Notes under the pieces: model-generated
Databases searched by the model: none
Seen by the model: only the letters and a program-made list of their open reading frames with translations
Told to the model about the DNA's origin: nothing
NCBI RefSeq assembly: GCF_006345805.1
Contig: NC_043016.1
Location: 2,046,001-2,110,000, forward strand
Length of the DNA: 64,000 nucleotides
Reading direction: 5' to 3'
Origin: Octopus sinensis
Lineage: Eukaryota
Part shown: piece by piece, positions 38,055-52,316 of the stretch
Numbering within the stretch: position 1 is the first letter of the stretch
How the letters are laid out: each line of letters opens with the position of its first letter
Made by a program: the position numbers and the translations under genes

Positions 38055-39000
38055 TGTGTATGTGTATATGTATGTATGTATGTATTTGTATGTGTGTGTA
38101 TGTATGTATGTATGTATGTATGTACGTATGTATGTATATATGTATGAGTGTAAGTGTCTATATGACTGTGTGTACTTGTATATATGTATAAAGTTATATG
38201 TGCATATATGTATCTAAGACGTTGTATCCATTCACTGTTAGACGGTGGTGAGAGTGACAAACGCACGTATATATATATGTGTGTGTATGTCTATATAAAT
38301 CTATGTGTATATATATACAAACTTCAACAAGGTAACAGTCATGTATACAACTTGAACTGATACATGTCATTACATAAAGATACGTTCACATGTACATACA
38401 CATGTACACACACACACAGACACGTCTACACACCCTCCTAAATACTCACATACATACGTACATACATACGCATAGGCATGCGCACATACATGTACACACA
38501 CACATACATACATACGCACATACATACATATATACGCACATACATACATACATACATACATACATACGTACATACATACATACATATATACATACATACA
38601 TACGCACATACATACATACATTCACACATACATACATACTTACATTCTCACATACATACATACATACATACGTACGTACGTACATACATACATACATACA
38701 TACATACATACGTACATACATACGAACATACATACATACATAAATACATACATACATACACACACACACACATACATACATACATACATACATACACACA
38801 CACATACGTACATATATATATATCATGAACTAACTGTTACTTTCTCAGATGCAGCACGAAGTTTTGTCAGTGAACTAGTCGCGGTCTGAAAGCGACGAAA
38901 GCGACGAAAATATTTTGACAAATCAAATTTAAATGTTGAAGTGAACCTAACGGTTTTGTGTGTTTTTTAAATGGCTTATAAACACCTTCCACGCCGCAAG
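37731..39000. mobile_element. Fold-back element with ~170-bp inverted arms, each carrying a G3:C8-type hammerhead-like motif, around a microsatellite-rich core
   Basis: 37731-37905 is the imperfect reverse complement of 38820-38998. Motifs at 37812-37862 (-) and 38863-38922 (+). Confidence 0.75.
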
Positions 39001-39031
<31 letters not shown>

Positions 39032-39536
39032 CAACAATCAAGGAACGGCCATAATAGGCCATTCACCCACTAGAAATAACAGCCAAAGCTTCAACCGCAA
39101 ATAAAAGTCAATTCCGTAAACAGGAGAAAATTTAAAAAACATTTACCCTGTAATTTCTTATACGGTGCACCGTTTCGTCTGCTGTTTAATGGTAAACTAA
39201 CCTGATTAAATTAAATCAAGCCAATCTTCCATAGGCCCTCAGATTCTTCAGTAAGAAATAGCCACAAGTCGGAACAGATATTTACACGAGGCATTTCCGA
39301 CCCTGCCAAGTTAATATCTGACCTAAAATTTTCAAATCATCGCACTCGCGCCAAATTTATCGGCAGCAAATAAATATAAGCCGTCGATTCCATTACGGAA
39401 TTAACCAGAAAATTCATAATTAATCAATATAGGGTGCCAAAAAAAATTTTGTAGAATTTTTTCGCCACCAGCGGCCTAGTGGGAAAAAATTAAATGGTCA
39501 TAGACCATTTTTAAGTTCAACATCAACAATCAAGGA

Positions 39537-39592
39537 ACTGAACCCAGAAGTATGTGGTTTGGAAGCAAGCTTCTTACCACACAGACACGCCC
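39537..39592 (-). mobile_element. SINE head fragment (major family)
   Basis: Reverse complement of the tRNA-like head at 19376-19440. Confidence 0.55.
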
Positions 39593-40094
39593 GCGCCTAT
39601 ATATATATATAATTTAATAAATAAAATATATGCATACATATATGTACGTACTTACATCTATATGTATATATACATGCATATATATATATATTATATAGAG
39701 GGCACTATTACACATAGATGCCGCACGCTAGGAGGGACTTTTAAAGTCAAAACTACCAAAATAAACAAATTGTACCGAATGCAATCTTCGAAGCGAGTCA
39801 TTTAAAAACAGAATTTAGTTACATATCACCAGTGATTTCGCAATCAATGCAGTATATGCATTTTATGTTCTTCAGTGCAACGAACTCAAGATATATATGA
39901 ATGAACAAACACAACATACAAGACGAGCAACCGCAGGGTCCATCGCAGCATATAGGAATGTACATCTCTACATATCTATGTAAATGGCGGGCTTTTCGAA
40001 TTGCATTTCGGTAACAACGTGCTTACTCGGAACCAAAATTCAGTATTGAACTGTTCCGGTGAAAAATATAAATTTAAAAATAGGACAACTAATG

Positions 40095-40230
40095 TAGGTG
40101 TGTTCAGTGGTTGGGCAAAAGAAACCAATAGAATAAGTACTAGGCTTACAAACAATAAGTCCTGGGGTCCGTTTCTTCCACTGAAGGTGGTTTTTGCTGC
40201 ATAGTTGTATCCAATGACTGAAGCAATTAA
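40095..40230 (+). mobile_element. SINE 3' fragment (major family)
   Basis: GATAGAATAAGTACTAGGCTTACA..AATAAGTCCTGGGGTC-like motif. Confidence 0.6.
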
Positions 40231-40321
40231 AATAATAAAAGGATATAATATATATGTATATACATATATATATATGTATGTGTGTGTGTGTGTGTGTGTG
40301 TGTGCGGGCGCGTGTATGTGT

Positions 40322-40380
<59 letters not shown>

Positions 40381-41123
40381 CATGCATTTATAAATACATA
40401 TGAGTATATACTTGAAAATATGTATATAGACACACTCATGTCCGTGTGTGTGTGTGAATCTATGTATGTAGACGGTCAGGTAGACATAAGTATAGAGTTA
40501 TTTTTCGCTTTGAAACTACTTTTAACAACACACACCTGTATGCATAATATACAAACCTGACTGAAATTTCAACAATGCTGCACACACGGTCTGTACTGTT
40601 TTGTATGTATGTATGTATGTATTTTTGTTTGTATGCCTGTTTGTATGTACGTATGTAATCATGTATGTATGTATGTTTATATGTATGAACGCATGTATGT
40701 ATGTTTGTATGTATGTATGTTTTTATGTATGTATGTAGGTATATTTGCATATATGTATGTTTCTATGTATGTATATGTGTATGTATGTGCATATGTGCAT
40801 GCATGTGTGTTTGAGTAACTTCCAGATTGTGTGCAGAAGTCAATGTACCTTTACACAGATGCGCACTCACATGCGCTCGTGCACTGATATACTCAAACAT
40901 TCACACATGCAAATTGACGGAGCAATAAAGTTCCTATCTGTGAGTAACTTATGCATTAGGTAAACGCTATTGTCTGTCACCCTGTCCCTGTCTGGGTCCC
41001 GTCAGAGATGCCCCACCCTAGTCACAGAGTAATTGTCAAGTCTGTCCTTGGCTTGTCACACTAGCCTGTAACTCAACACCTACGGGATATATATAGATTG
41101 TCTAGCTGACTGCTTGACATATG

Positions 41124-41155
<32 letters not shown>

Positions 41156-41347
41156 TGTTCCTCTCTTTACTTACATGTATGTATGCATGCATGCTTGTTG
41201 GCATGCGTGAAAATATGTGTCTATGTCTGTAGTTTTGTATAGCTGCGTCTATATTGCGCACGTACATCCACACACACATTCACACACACACGCACACGCA
41301 AACACATATACATCTGTCTATCTATATCTATCTATCCACACACACAC

Positions 41348-41399
<52 letters not shown>

Positions 41400-41403
41400 A
41401 TAA

Positions 41404-41442
<39 letters not shown>

Positions 41443-41478
41443 AGTATGTATACATCCATATATACATATATGTATGTA

Positions 41479-41509
<31 letters not shown>

Positions 41510-42127
41510 GTATGTATATAAATATATAGGTGTGCGTATGTATATAGACATTTACGTTATGCATGTATAGCAATTTGCGCGAGCACAGGTGGATAAATGT
41601 CGGCATAAATTGTACCCGTTTTCCTATAAATACGGATTGCACAACATCATAATCACCATGACCAACGCAAAATATCGCCATCACCGACAAGAACGACAAT
41701 ATTTTTTACCATCAAGCATTTGTCCCAAAACATGACAACGCAACCACAGCTACCACCTCCAACTACCACCACCACCACCACCACCACCACCACCACTACC
41801 ATCACCAGCTCCAACTACCACCACCACCACCACTACTACCATCACCATCTCCAACTACCACCACCACCACCACTACCACAACCGCCGCCGCCGCCGCCAC
41901 CGTTACAATTACCACCATTTCAAAAATGACGGTAGCAACATCAAACCCCCACCCTCATCGCAATCAAAGCCAACAATTTCGAACCAACAATGAAGTCTGT
42001 ACGTGGTCACTCTTCTTGCTAAAAGTAACAGTCAAATTTCCCTTAAATCAGATAAAACTGTCCTCAAAAGAAAGAAATAGCAAAGGATCCATTGTATAAT
42101 ATATAGTTCAATGCTCACGCGTTAGTC

Positions 42128-43835
42128 ATGGCTGGTGGTGGTGGTGACGGTGGTGGTGGTGGTGGTGAAGGTGGTAGTGGTGGTAGAAGGTGGTGGTGGT
42201 GGTGGTGTGGTGGTGGTGGTGGTGGTGGTGGTGAATGTGTGTGGTGGTGGTGGTGGTGGTGGGTGGTGGTGAAGGTGGTAGTGGTGGTGGTGGTGGTGGT
42301 GGTGGTGGTGAAGGTGGTGGTGGTGGTGGTGAAGGTGGTGGTGGTGGTGGTGGTGAAGGTGGTATTGTGGTGGTGGTGGTGGTGGTGGTGGTGGTGGTGG
42401 TGAAGTGGGTCTGGTGGTGGTGGTGGTGGTAGTGGTGGTGGTGGTGGTGGGTGGTGGTGTGGTGGTGAATGTGGTGCTGGTGGTGGTGGTGGTGGTAGTG
42501 GTGGTGGTGGTGGTGGTGGTGGGGGTGAAGGTGGTGGTGGTGGTGAAGGTGGTGGTGGTGGTGGTGGTGAAGGTGGTAGTGGTGGTGTGGTGGTGGTGGT
42601 GGTGGTGGTGGGTGGTGAATGTGGTGCTGGTGGTGGTGGGGGGGGTAGTGGTGGTGAAGGTGGTGGTGGTGGTGGTGGGTGGTGGTGAAGGTGGTGGTGC
42701 TGGTGGTGAAGGTGGTGGTGGTGGTGGTGGTCAAGGTGGTAGTGGTGGTGGTGGTGGTGGTGGTGGGTGGTGGTGTGGTGGTGAAGGTGGTGGTGGTGGT
42801 GGTGGTGGTGGTGAAGGTGGTGGTGGTGGTGGTGGTGGTGGTGAAGGTGGTGGTGGTGGGTGGTGGTGGTGGTGAAGGTGGAGTGGTGGTGTTGGTGGTG
42901 AAGGTGGTGGTGGTGGTGGTGGTGGTGAAGGTGGTGGTGGTGTTGGTGGTGAAGGTGGTGGTGGTGGTGTTGGTGGTGAAGGTGGTAGTGGTGGTGTTGG
43001 TGGTGGTGGTGGTGGTGGTGGTGGTGGTGAAGTGGTGGTGGTGGGTGGTGGTGGTGGTGTGGTGAAGGTGGTGGTGGTGTGGTGGTGAAGGTGGTGGTGG
43101 TGGTGGTGGTGAAGGTGGTGGTAGTGGTGGTGAAGGTGGTGGTGGTGTGGTGGTGAAGGTGGTGGTGGTGGTAGTGGTGGTGGTGGTGGGTGGTGGTGGT
43201 GGTGGTGGTGGTGGTGAAGGTGGTGGTGGTGGTGTGGTGGTGGTGGTGAAGGTGGTGGTGGTGGTGGTGGTAGTGGTGGTGCTGGTGGGGTGAAGGTGGT
43301 GGTGGTGTGGTGGTGGAAGGTGGTGGTGGTGGTAGTGGTGGTGAAGGTGGTGGTGGTGGTGGTGGTGAAGGTGGTGGTGGTGGTGGTGAAGGTGGTGGTG
43401 GTGGTGGGTGGTGGTGAAGGTGGTAGTGGTGGTGTTGGTGGTGAAGGTGGTGAAGGTGGTGGTGTGGTGAAGGTGGTGGTGGTGGTGTTGGTGGTGAAGG
43501 TGGTGGTGGTGGTGGTGGTTGGTGGTGGAAGGTGGTGGTGGTGAAGGTGGTGGTGGGGTGGTGAAGGTTGGTGGTGGTGGTGGTAAGGTGGTGGTGGTGG
43601 TGGTGGTGGTGGTGGCGAAGGTGGTTGTGGTGGTGAAGGTGGTGGTGGTGTTGGTGTGAAGGTGGTGGTGGTGTTGGTGGTGAAGGTGGTGGTGGTGGTG
43701 GTGGTGAAGGTGGTGGTGGTGGTGGTGAAGGTGGTGGTGGTGGTGGTGAAGGCGGTGGTGGTGGCGGTGGTGGTGGTGGTGGTGGTGTGGTGGCGGTGGT
43801 GGTGGCGGTGGTGGTGGTGGTGGTGGTGGTGGTAG
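42128..43835. repeat. ~1.7-kb compound (GGT)n repeat with GAA/AGT interruptions
   Basis: Direct inspection. An inverse (CAC)n patch lies at 41750-41900. Confidence 0.95.
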
Positions 43836-44769
43836 CGAGCCATATTGGAAGTGATGACAGGTTGGGGGAGGAATTATATTGATAACGGTCAGCTGATGTT
43901 AGTGGCTAAAGGGTGTTTCCGGGAATTTGATGGTTATGATGATGAAGGTGATGGTAGTGATGGTGGCGGCGGCAGTGGTGGTAATGTTGGTGGTGATTGT
44001 GACTGTGATTAAGGTAGTACTTATGGGTGTGGTAGTGGTAGTGGTTGAGGATATATTAGCTGCAAGATGGTGGTAAGAACTACGACACCGACAACAAAAA
44101 CAAAAGCACATCATACGTAACGAGCAATGAACATAATGACGATCGCGATAACAAGAGCGCCATTGAGTGGTCGAACACCCTATCTTCTTGGACGACAAAG
44201 AAAGACGCACTGTCTAACGTAGTCCTCCTTATACAACGACATGTGATGGTCACGGTTGGAATGTCTTTAGATTAAGCAAAAACAGCATCAACAGAAACGA
44301 TACATATCAGCAGAAGCAGTATATCAACCCCATTGCCCCGTTACCCAGTCTAGCATTTGCATTTAATATGTACGATCGTCCTAAATCTTCCTACAGAATC
44401 ACCACCGGCATTACTAAAACTACCACGAAATCTAATTCTACTGAGTTGCTTCACTTGCTAAAAGTAGGAATCAAATATCCTCAGAATTCACATAGTACCT
44501 TCTTTAAAAAAGAATATGCTGAATTTTTGGTTTCTTAGACATACTGCGTGTAATACGAGATGGTCATTACTAGAGCAGCATCGCTAATATTCTTAAGTCT
44601 CATTGACCAGGGCTGACCTGGAATTAAACAACAACATCCTTGATAATAAATATTAAAATAATACAACAATGACCCCTATCATTAACCCTAACCCTAACCC
44701 TAACGTAACGAATAAGGTCAACTTGAGAATCTTTCGATCACCGAGAAATGCCAGCAAAATCTCATCTTC

Positions 44770-45310
44770 AAACCACAACTAACCGTCGGCAACCATAACA
44801 TACTCCATACAACAACCACCACCGTGCCACCATTATTTTAAACAAGAGCCTTAATGTAGAAGTAACTTGAAAGGAGAACGGAGGTGCAAACCATAAGATT
44901 TCCCGTTTATACGACTTGGCCATTTGTAGAGTTGTATTTGTTAGACAGGGACGATCGAAATGTTTTCTACCTGGAATGAATGCTCGGAAGAATGTGCTGG
45001 AAAATGTTAGTGGGGCGACGGATAGTGGGTAAGGTTGGAGGAGGCTACCCACAACTACAAGCAGTTAGAATTCTAATTCGATTTCTCAATTTTGTATTGG
45101 AGGTTTAGATCTTCATTAGGAAACCGCAATTGCCGAGGCATTAGTCATAGTAAGGGGCACGATTAGCGAATTATTATCATCGGCAGAAAGGTTGCAAATC
45201 ATAATGGCAATTCCTCTTGGTATTTAAAACAGATTTAGGATAATTAGGATGGATGACACCTTACTCTTCAGAAGGGACACCTAAATTACTTTGGCAATTT
45301 TATCAGTTGT
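44770..45310 (-). mobile_element. Penelope-like element ORF fragment (post-RT region)
   Basis: Minus strand HPNYPKSVL/IPRGIA..CNLS../APYY..LGNCGF and KREILWFAPPFS, resembling the conserved PLE motifs HP..IP..I..LS and I.WFNPP.S. Confidence 0.6.
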
Positions 45311-45402
45311 CGCATCGTGTACATACTGCTTATGAATACGGTTATCATGAATGCTATGACCGTCTTTAAATAGCTGTCAAGGTAAAACTTTACATAACCC
45401 TA

Positions 45403-45562
45403 CTGGCTGTGTGGTAAGTAGCTTGCTTACCAACCACATGGTTCCGGGTTCAGTCCCACCGCGTGGCACTTTGGGCAAGTGTCTTCTACTATAGCCTCGG
45501 GCCGACCAAAGCCTTGTGAGTGGATTTGGTAGACGGAAACTGAAAGAAGCCCGTCATATATA

Positions 45563-45613
<51 letters not shown>

Positions 45614-45806
45614 TTGTGTGTCTGTGTTTGTCTCCTCAACATCGTTTTACAGCCGATGGTGGTGTGTTTACGTCCACGTAACAGTAGCGGTTCGGCAAAA
45701 GAGACCGATAGAATAAGTACTAGGCTTACAAAGAATAAGTCCTGGGGTCGATTTGCTCGACTAAAGGCGGGGCTAAAACAAGGCCGCAGTCAAATGTCTG
45801 AAACAA
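45403..45806 (+). mobile_element. Major tRNA-derived SINE
   Basis: Near-identical to 19376-19784. Confidence 0.88.
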
Positions 45807-46129
45807 ATGTCCCTCACTTTCTCACAATATATATGTGCGTGTGTGTGTGTCTGTCTATCTGTGTATGTGTGTACTTATGCATACATACATACATACATAC
45901 ATACATACATACATACATACATACATACATACATAATACATACATACATACATACATACATACATACATACAACATACATACATACATACATACATACAT
46001 ACATACATACATACATACATACATACATACATACATACATACATACATACATCATACATACATACATACATACATACATACATACATACTACATACATAC
46101 ATACATACATACATACATACATACATACA

Positions 46130-46161
<32 letters not shown>

Positions 46162-46268
46162 CATACATAAATGCGTACGTGGAATTGAGAGATAGGTAGG
46201 TAAATAGATATAGTTATCATTGATATATCATGTTGCATATATTTTTCTAGCCATATATATTTATATGC

Positions 46269-46308
<40 letters not shown>

Positions 46309-46311
<3 letters not shown>

Positions 46312-46650
46312 TAAATACCCCCTTCGGTCAGGCACTGACCATGGGTTTGCACCTAGAGAGATACCCTCTGAAGCACAAGTCTGGGCAAGGTTGTTTTATG
46401 GAAGACCAGCAGTCGCCCATGCATACCGGCCTCCCCTCTCCACGTCACCGATGTTGTCCAAGGGAAAGGCAAAGGTCGATACAGCTTGGCACCTGTGACG
46501 TCGCAACTCATTTCTACAGCTGAGTGAACTGGAGCAACGTGAAATAAAGTGCCTTGCTCAAGAACACAACACGCAGCCCCGTCCGGGATTCGAGATCACA
46601 ACCTCACGATCGTAAGCTCGACGCTCTAACCACTGAGCCATGCGCCTTCA
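46309..46650 (-). mobile_element. Full-length tRNA-derived SINE
   Basis: A box TGGCTCAGTGGTTAGAGC, B-box-like TCTCGAATCCC, and a central domain shared with 550-788 and 32905-33130. Confidence 0.85.
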
Positions 46651-46653
46651 TAG

Positions 46654-46685
<32 letters not shown>

Positions 46686-46789
46686 CCAGCTCGCTTAGCC
46701 AGCGGGGTGGTGTCATTCGAAGGTTAAAACAATGCGAACGCATTGTGACCAGCGATGTGTAACAACATCTGATGGTCTGGTCGGTCATG

Positions 46790-48740
46790 TTTTATAAGCG
46801 CTCACCGCCCTCAGCCAATCGGACGGTGCAATAGGTGGAACGTCCACTTTAGATTTCCAAAATCTCTGGCCTGGCAGTGATACTGGGGAGCTTTGCCCGT
46901 TCGATATAAGCTTTACAGGTGCCGACGAGCCGTCAGCCGAGCATGTACGAGATGCGCGCAGGACGACACGACGGTCTTGCATGCATTCGTCCAGTGCCCG
47001 AACATTGCTGATCTGTGGGGTTTTGACGAACACCTGCTGTCGCGTGTGCGACTGAATCCGTCCGATTGGCTGAGGGCGGTGAGCGCTTGCAGACATTCCA
47101 CTTTCTAAAAGCTTCTCCGAGGTCTCTGTTTTTTTTCCCCAAGACTGCAACACCATTAAAGAAACAAGCTGCAGAAATACGTGCCTGGCGAACCGACGAC
47201 CACACCTCTTCACCGTCGAGGAAGCACTGGAGATGTAGCCTCAGCGCATGTCTGTTCATCATCAACCACGGCATGCGCAGTGCACCACACAGCGGGTGCT
47301 GGCAGCAGATAGATTGCCTGACCATCGGGACGCGTCCCTTCCACAAGAAGCAGAAGAGTATACGCTCCAGCTTAATCAGATGGTGGCCAGGACAAAGCAC
47401 GACGGTCAAACGATAGTAGATGACGGACGTGATATACGTATTAGCCATATCTGCCTGACCTTTCAGGAATAACTTTCTCTCGAGTCATTTCTGGGAGAGT
47501 GTAGTCACCCTACTCGTTACCACATCACAGTTTTTGTCCATCTTGAGGTCCGGACCGAACCAGACCCCAAGCAATTTAACCGGTCCGTCACTCGCTCAAC
47601 GACGCAGTTGGACGGCATGGACTTGCTTCTCTAGGTTCCGAGCCGCAAGCCCACTGATTTTTCCTGGGTAATTGTCACTCCTGAACCCATCTCATAGTCC
47701 CTGAGACCGGTGCCGATCGTTTCTATGTGTTTATGATCCGACACCACTACGGTGACGTCGTTGGCATATGCCGACACGCATATCCCACGTCCTAGGTCAC
47801 GCGGTATGCCTCTCACCACTTCCAGTTTGTGTAGTAGTGGCTCGAGAGTCAGTATGTACAAGTGAGAAGAGAGGGGACAACCTTGCCGGACCGAGCGCAT
47901 GATGTAGAACGGCTCTGAGAGGTGACCGTTCACTCTGACCACTGAACAGATGTTACAGCTCATTGCAACGATCGTGCCTCTAAATACAGGCCCGAAACTA
48001 GCCGCCTTGAGGACCGCCGCCAGGTATAAATGGTCGATCATACCGAAAGTTTTAGACTGATCTGAATTGACCAGGGCCCCACCCGTGCCAGATTCTTTAG
48101 CCATATTTTTCAATGATGTATCGCATGAGGTGGAGCTTGTCGTGGATGGATCTTTTCGGGGTGGCACATGTCTGTACCTCCCCTACCAGATCCCTGACGA
48201 CAAGTGCCAGCTTTGTAGCTAATACCTCAAAATGTTGAACTCTGCATTCAGCAGAGTTATGGGCCTAAATTTGTCAAAATAATCTCCTTTGTTCGGGTCT
48301 TTTCTCAGCAACACCACCGCTCCTCCGCTCACAAACGCAATAAACGTTTGCTAAGAGGTCACCGAACAAGTCTGGCATGTAAGCGTAAAGCTCGTAGGGC
48401 AAACAATCCAAACAGGGCGATTTACCCTTCGTGCAGCTAGCCATAGCTTCTCGTATATCAAAGGCTGTTATTAGGCTTTCGCAGCGCTTCGTATCCGTCG
48501 ACGTGAGCCGCTGCAACCCTTGAGATCCATCCTGCGACCCGGCTCCCCGCTGCTCCCGAACAGTTGAGCGAAGCGCCACTGAAAGGCCTTACACATCTGC
48601 CCCGGATCAATTATCATTTGCCCTACGTGGTTCGGCAAAGACCGGATCGTGGATTCATTGCCGCGCCGTGCCTCTGTCACTCAGGCCCATTCAACGGCTT
48701 CCGCACTTTCGTGTCTAAGTTCTCATGCTTTAGCATGAGA
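46790..48740 (-). mobile_element. Degenerate, deleted Tx1/L1-clade element (RT region)
   Basis: KSPCLDCLPYELY, DQSKTF..IDH, VRQGCPLS, YAND and TVLHAFVQCP. Paralogous to 50400-52900. Confidence 0.85.
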
Positions 48741-49742
48741 ATTTAGACACGAAAAAGGGAAAAACAAAGGAACAAGTGCAAAATGGACATGAAGAAGAAT
48801 TACGCAAGAAGGGACTACACAATCAATTCCATGTAACCACAACAGAAAGAGTACTTGCGAGGAATGAGAGAAATATTGAGTTCAAAGCTGAATGCCTTAA
48901 AAATAATTTCGGCAATAGACACGCGTGCAGTCAGAGTAGTTCGGTATGGCGCTGGAATTCTGAAGTGGACAGAGAAGGAGCTAAAGGAGATGGACAGGAA
49001 GTCAAGAAAGCTCCTAACGATGCATTGCATCCCATCATCCACGTGCAGACACTGATCGCCTATACATGAAGAGAGCAAATGGACTGATTAGTGTGGAAGA
49101 CTGCGTGCCCCAAGTATGGAAACCTTGCTAGTGACAGTTAGGAACGAGTGGGTATTGAAAGCAGTGAAAAAGGGAAAAACAAAGGAAGAAGAGCAAAATG
49201 GACATTGGGAAGAATTACGCAAGAAGGGACTACACAATTAATTGCATGTAGCCACAACAGTTGTTGGAAAAATAGGTGGGATTGGCTGATGAAAGGAACC
49301 CTAAAAAAGAGACCGAGAGTATTATATTCGCTGCGCAAGACCAAGCTTTGGCCACGAACTAGAAAGTCGACCTGAGGAATGAGCAAGTGTCTCCGCTGTG
49401 CCGCACCTGCAACAGAATGGATGAAACCATTGCCCATATCACAAACTTGCCCAAAACCACTACAAGTTGTGGCGACACGATCAAGTAGCGAAAGTGCTAC
49501 GTTGGAAACTGCGAAAAGTGGGGATTAGAGAGAGGCAATACGTGGCATGAGCACAAGCAATAGAGAGTGGCGGAGTCGGAGATTAGCAAAATCCTCTGGG
49601 ATTTCCCAATCCAAACAGATTAGGTGTTAGAGCATAACTGACCGGACCTTGCAGTGGTGGAAAAGGTGCACCATATATACTGTGTAGTTGATGTTGCATG
49701 CCCCTTTGAACCACGAATAGCCAAGAGGGAAGGCGAAAAAAG

Positions 49743-49745
<3 letters not shown>
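48741..49745 (+). mobile_element. R4/Dong-like element, upstream half (RT C-terminus, CCHC, first part of REL)
   Basis: ILSSKLN..VRYGAGILKWT..MDRKSRKLLTM, FAAQDQAL, CRTC..ETIAHI, ILWDFPIQTD..PDLAVV..VDVACPFE..REGEK. Breaks at the (AGAT)n tract. Confidence 0.85.
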
Positions 49746-50147
<402 letters not shown>

Positions 50148-52316
50148 ACTTTTTATTGTATCCACACAGGGCAAAACAGAATAAAAATGGACGAAATACA
50201 ATGTAGAATTTTTTCTTTTCGAGGTGGGATGGGTGGGGCACAAAAAAAAGACGTTTGATCAATAGGGATCTGTGGATTGTGTGGTGTATAAAAAAGCAAT
50301 ATATATATATATAAAGTTCACGGTTTAGGTGTAGCCTTGGAAAGAAAAACTTACAAAAAAGACCAAGGTCACCTCAGACAGTTCGAAAATGAACACATGA
50401 GTAAGTCACCTTACCTCTCGTTGTCTCTTTTGGTTACAGATTTATGCTTAAAATAGTGTCGTCTTTCATACTGACCATTTTTGCCACTTTTACCCACTTT
50501 TTATTAACACATTCTCATCCTCCTTTTCAAGTGGTACTTGAAAAAGTTGACGAGAGACTGACCAGAGAGGAAGGTGTTTGTTTGCAGTCCTTTCAAACGC
50601 GTCCACCACACACATTCTTTCGCCATAGCCATCAGCGTAACGAAAACCGTTTTCCCTTCCCGTTTAAAGGAAGGTGGTGGAACAATATGCGCACGATAGA
50701 CTCGGCTGATAGGCGAGCCGACCTACACGTGACAACAGCTGTTCGACGAAGGTCCACAGCTCTGAAATATCTGGACACTGCACGAGTGCGTGCAGAACGG
50801 TTTCGTCGCTGATGGTTTTCGAACCGTGCCTGTAGCTCTTCTCTCGAACAGGTAGTGCGTCTCGATAGCACTGCCAAGCCAGGCATTTCTGGAAGTAATC
50901 CATAGGCCCCGGCCCGAACGTCCTCCTGAACAGGCGGGTTAGGAATTTCTCGTCGACGCCCCGAGTGTGTCGTCGGACCTCCCCTCCACTAGTCCTCTAT
51001 AGAACGCTTTAGTCGTTTGTAAGTTGCACAAGTTTGACCCCGGTCGGCAGATCTGCTGTAGAGTTTGGCGACACACTCGGTGCCAATCGCCCAGTTTCGG
51101 TCTCTTCTTGATCCACGTTTGCAGTTCGGTCAGTGAGACGAGCTGCGGGAAGGCGCGCCTCACAAACGGCGCCCACCCCTGTTCACCGTCGTCGATGAAG
51201 TTCCAGAGATGTCGCAGTCTCAGCGCATGCCTGCACATCATCAACCACGGCACGCACAGTCCTCCATTCAACGGATGTTAACAGCAAATGGAAGCTCACC
51301 ATCGGAACGCCACACTTCCACAGAAAGCGGAAGAGTATGCGTTCCAGTTTGGTGAAGGTGGCGTCGGGACAAGGTACGACGGTCAGGCGGTAATCGATGA
51401 CGGATGCGATGTACGCGTTCGCCACCTCCGCCCGGCCTTTTACAGACAGCTTTCTCTCACCCATGTTTGGCTGAGAGCGACAACTCTACTCGTGATCTCG
51501 TCCCAGTTCTTATACATTTGGAGGTCCGGACTGAACCAGACCCCGAGCAATTTAACCGGTCCATCCGTCCAGCGTCCCACTACTGAGCCGCAGTCGGACG
51601 GCATGGGCTTGCTTCTCCAGGTGCCGAGTAGCAAACCCACTGACTTTTCTGGGTTAATCTTCGCTCCCGTCACCGTTTCGTATTTTCTTAGTGTCTCGCC
51701 TATCATCTGGATGTGTTTGTCGCTCGACACTATGACGGTGACATCGTCCGCATATGCCGACATGCTCGTCCTGCAACCCAGTTCCCGTGCGATGCCCCTC
51801 AGTGTCGCCAGCTTCCGCAGTAGCGGCTCGAGAGTCAATACCTACAGAAGCGCCGACAGGGGACACCCCTGACGGACCGAACGCGTGATGTCAAACTGTT
51901 TCGACAGGTGACCGTTCACCCGAATCACCGATCGGATGCCGCTATACAAGGCAGCGATCCAACCACGGAAGTCGGGACCGAAGCCAGCCGCCCTGAGGAC
52001 GGCCGCCAAGTACCGATGGTCGACCCTATCGAAGGCTTTAGACTGATCCAAATTGATCAGCGCCTCACTCATGCCAGGATCCTTAACTACCCTATCCACA
52101 ATGTAGCGCATCAGATGGAGGTTGTCATGTATGGTTCTGCCCGGCACGGCGCATGTTTGCGCCCTGTCGATCAGTTTACCAATGACAAGCGCCACCTCTC
52201 GGCTATTACTTTGGCCAAAATTTTCAAATTTGCGTTGAGCAGAGTGATGGGCCTGAAATTATCTATAAAATTCCCCTTGTTTGTGTCTTTCTTCAGCAAC
52301 GTCACTGCACCTCGGC

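Noticed and set aside
42126-43843. Long Gly/Val/Trp or His/Thr/Pro ORFs (up to 370 aa)
   Set aside because: Pure (GGT)n read-through that is open in several frames on both strands, with no complex domain.
44683-44703. (CCCTAA)3 telomere-like repeat, plus TTAGGG units near 32200 and 32270
   Set aside because: Too short for an interstitial telomere; such units are common inside non-autonomous Helitron/Helentron-type repeats.
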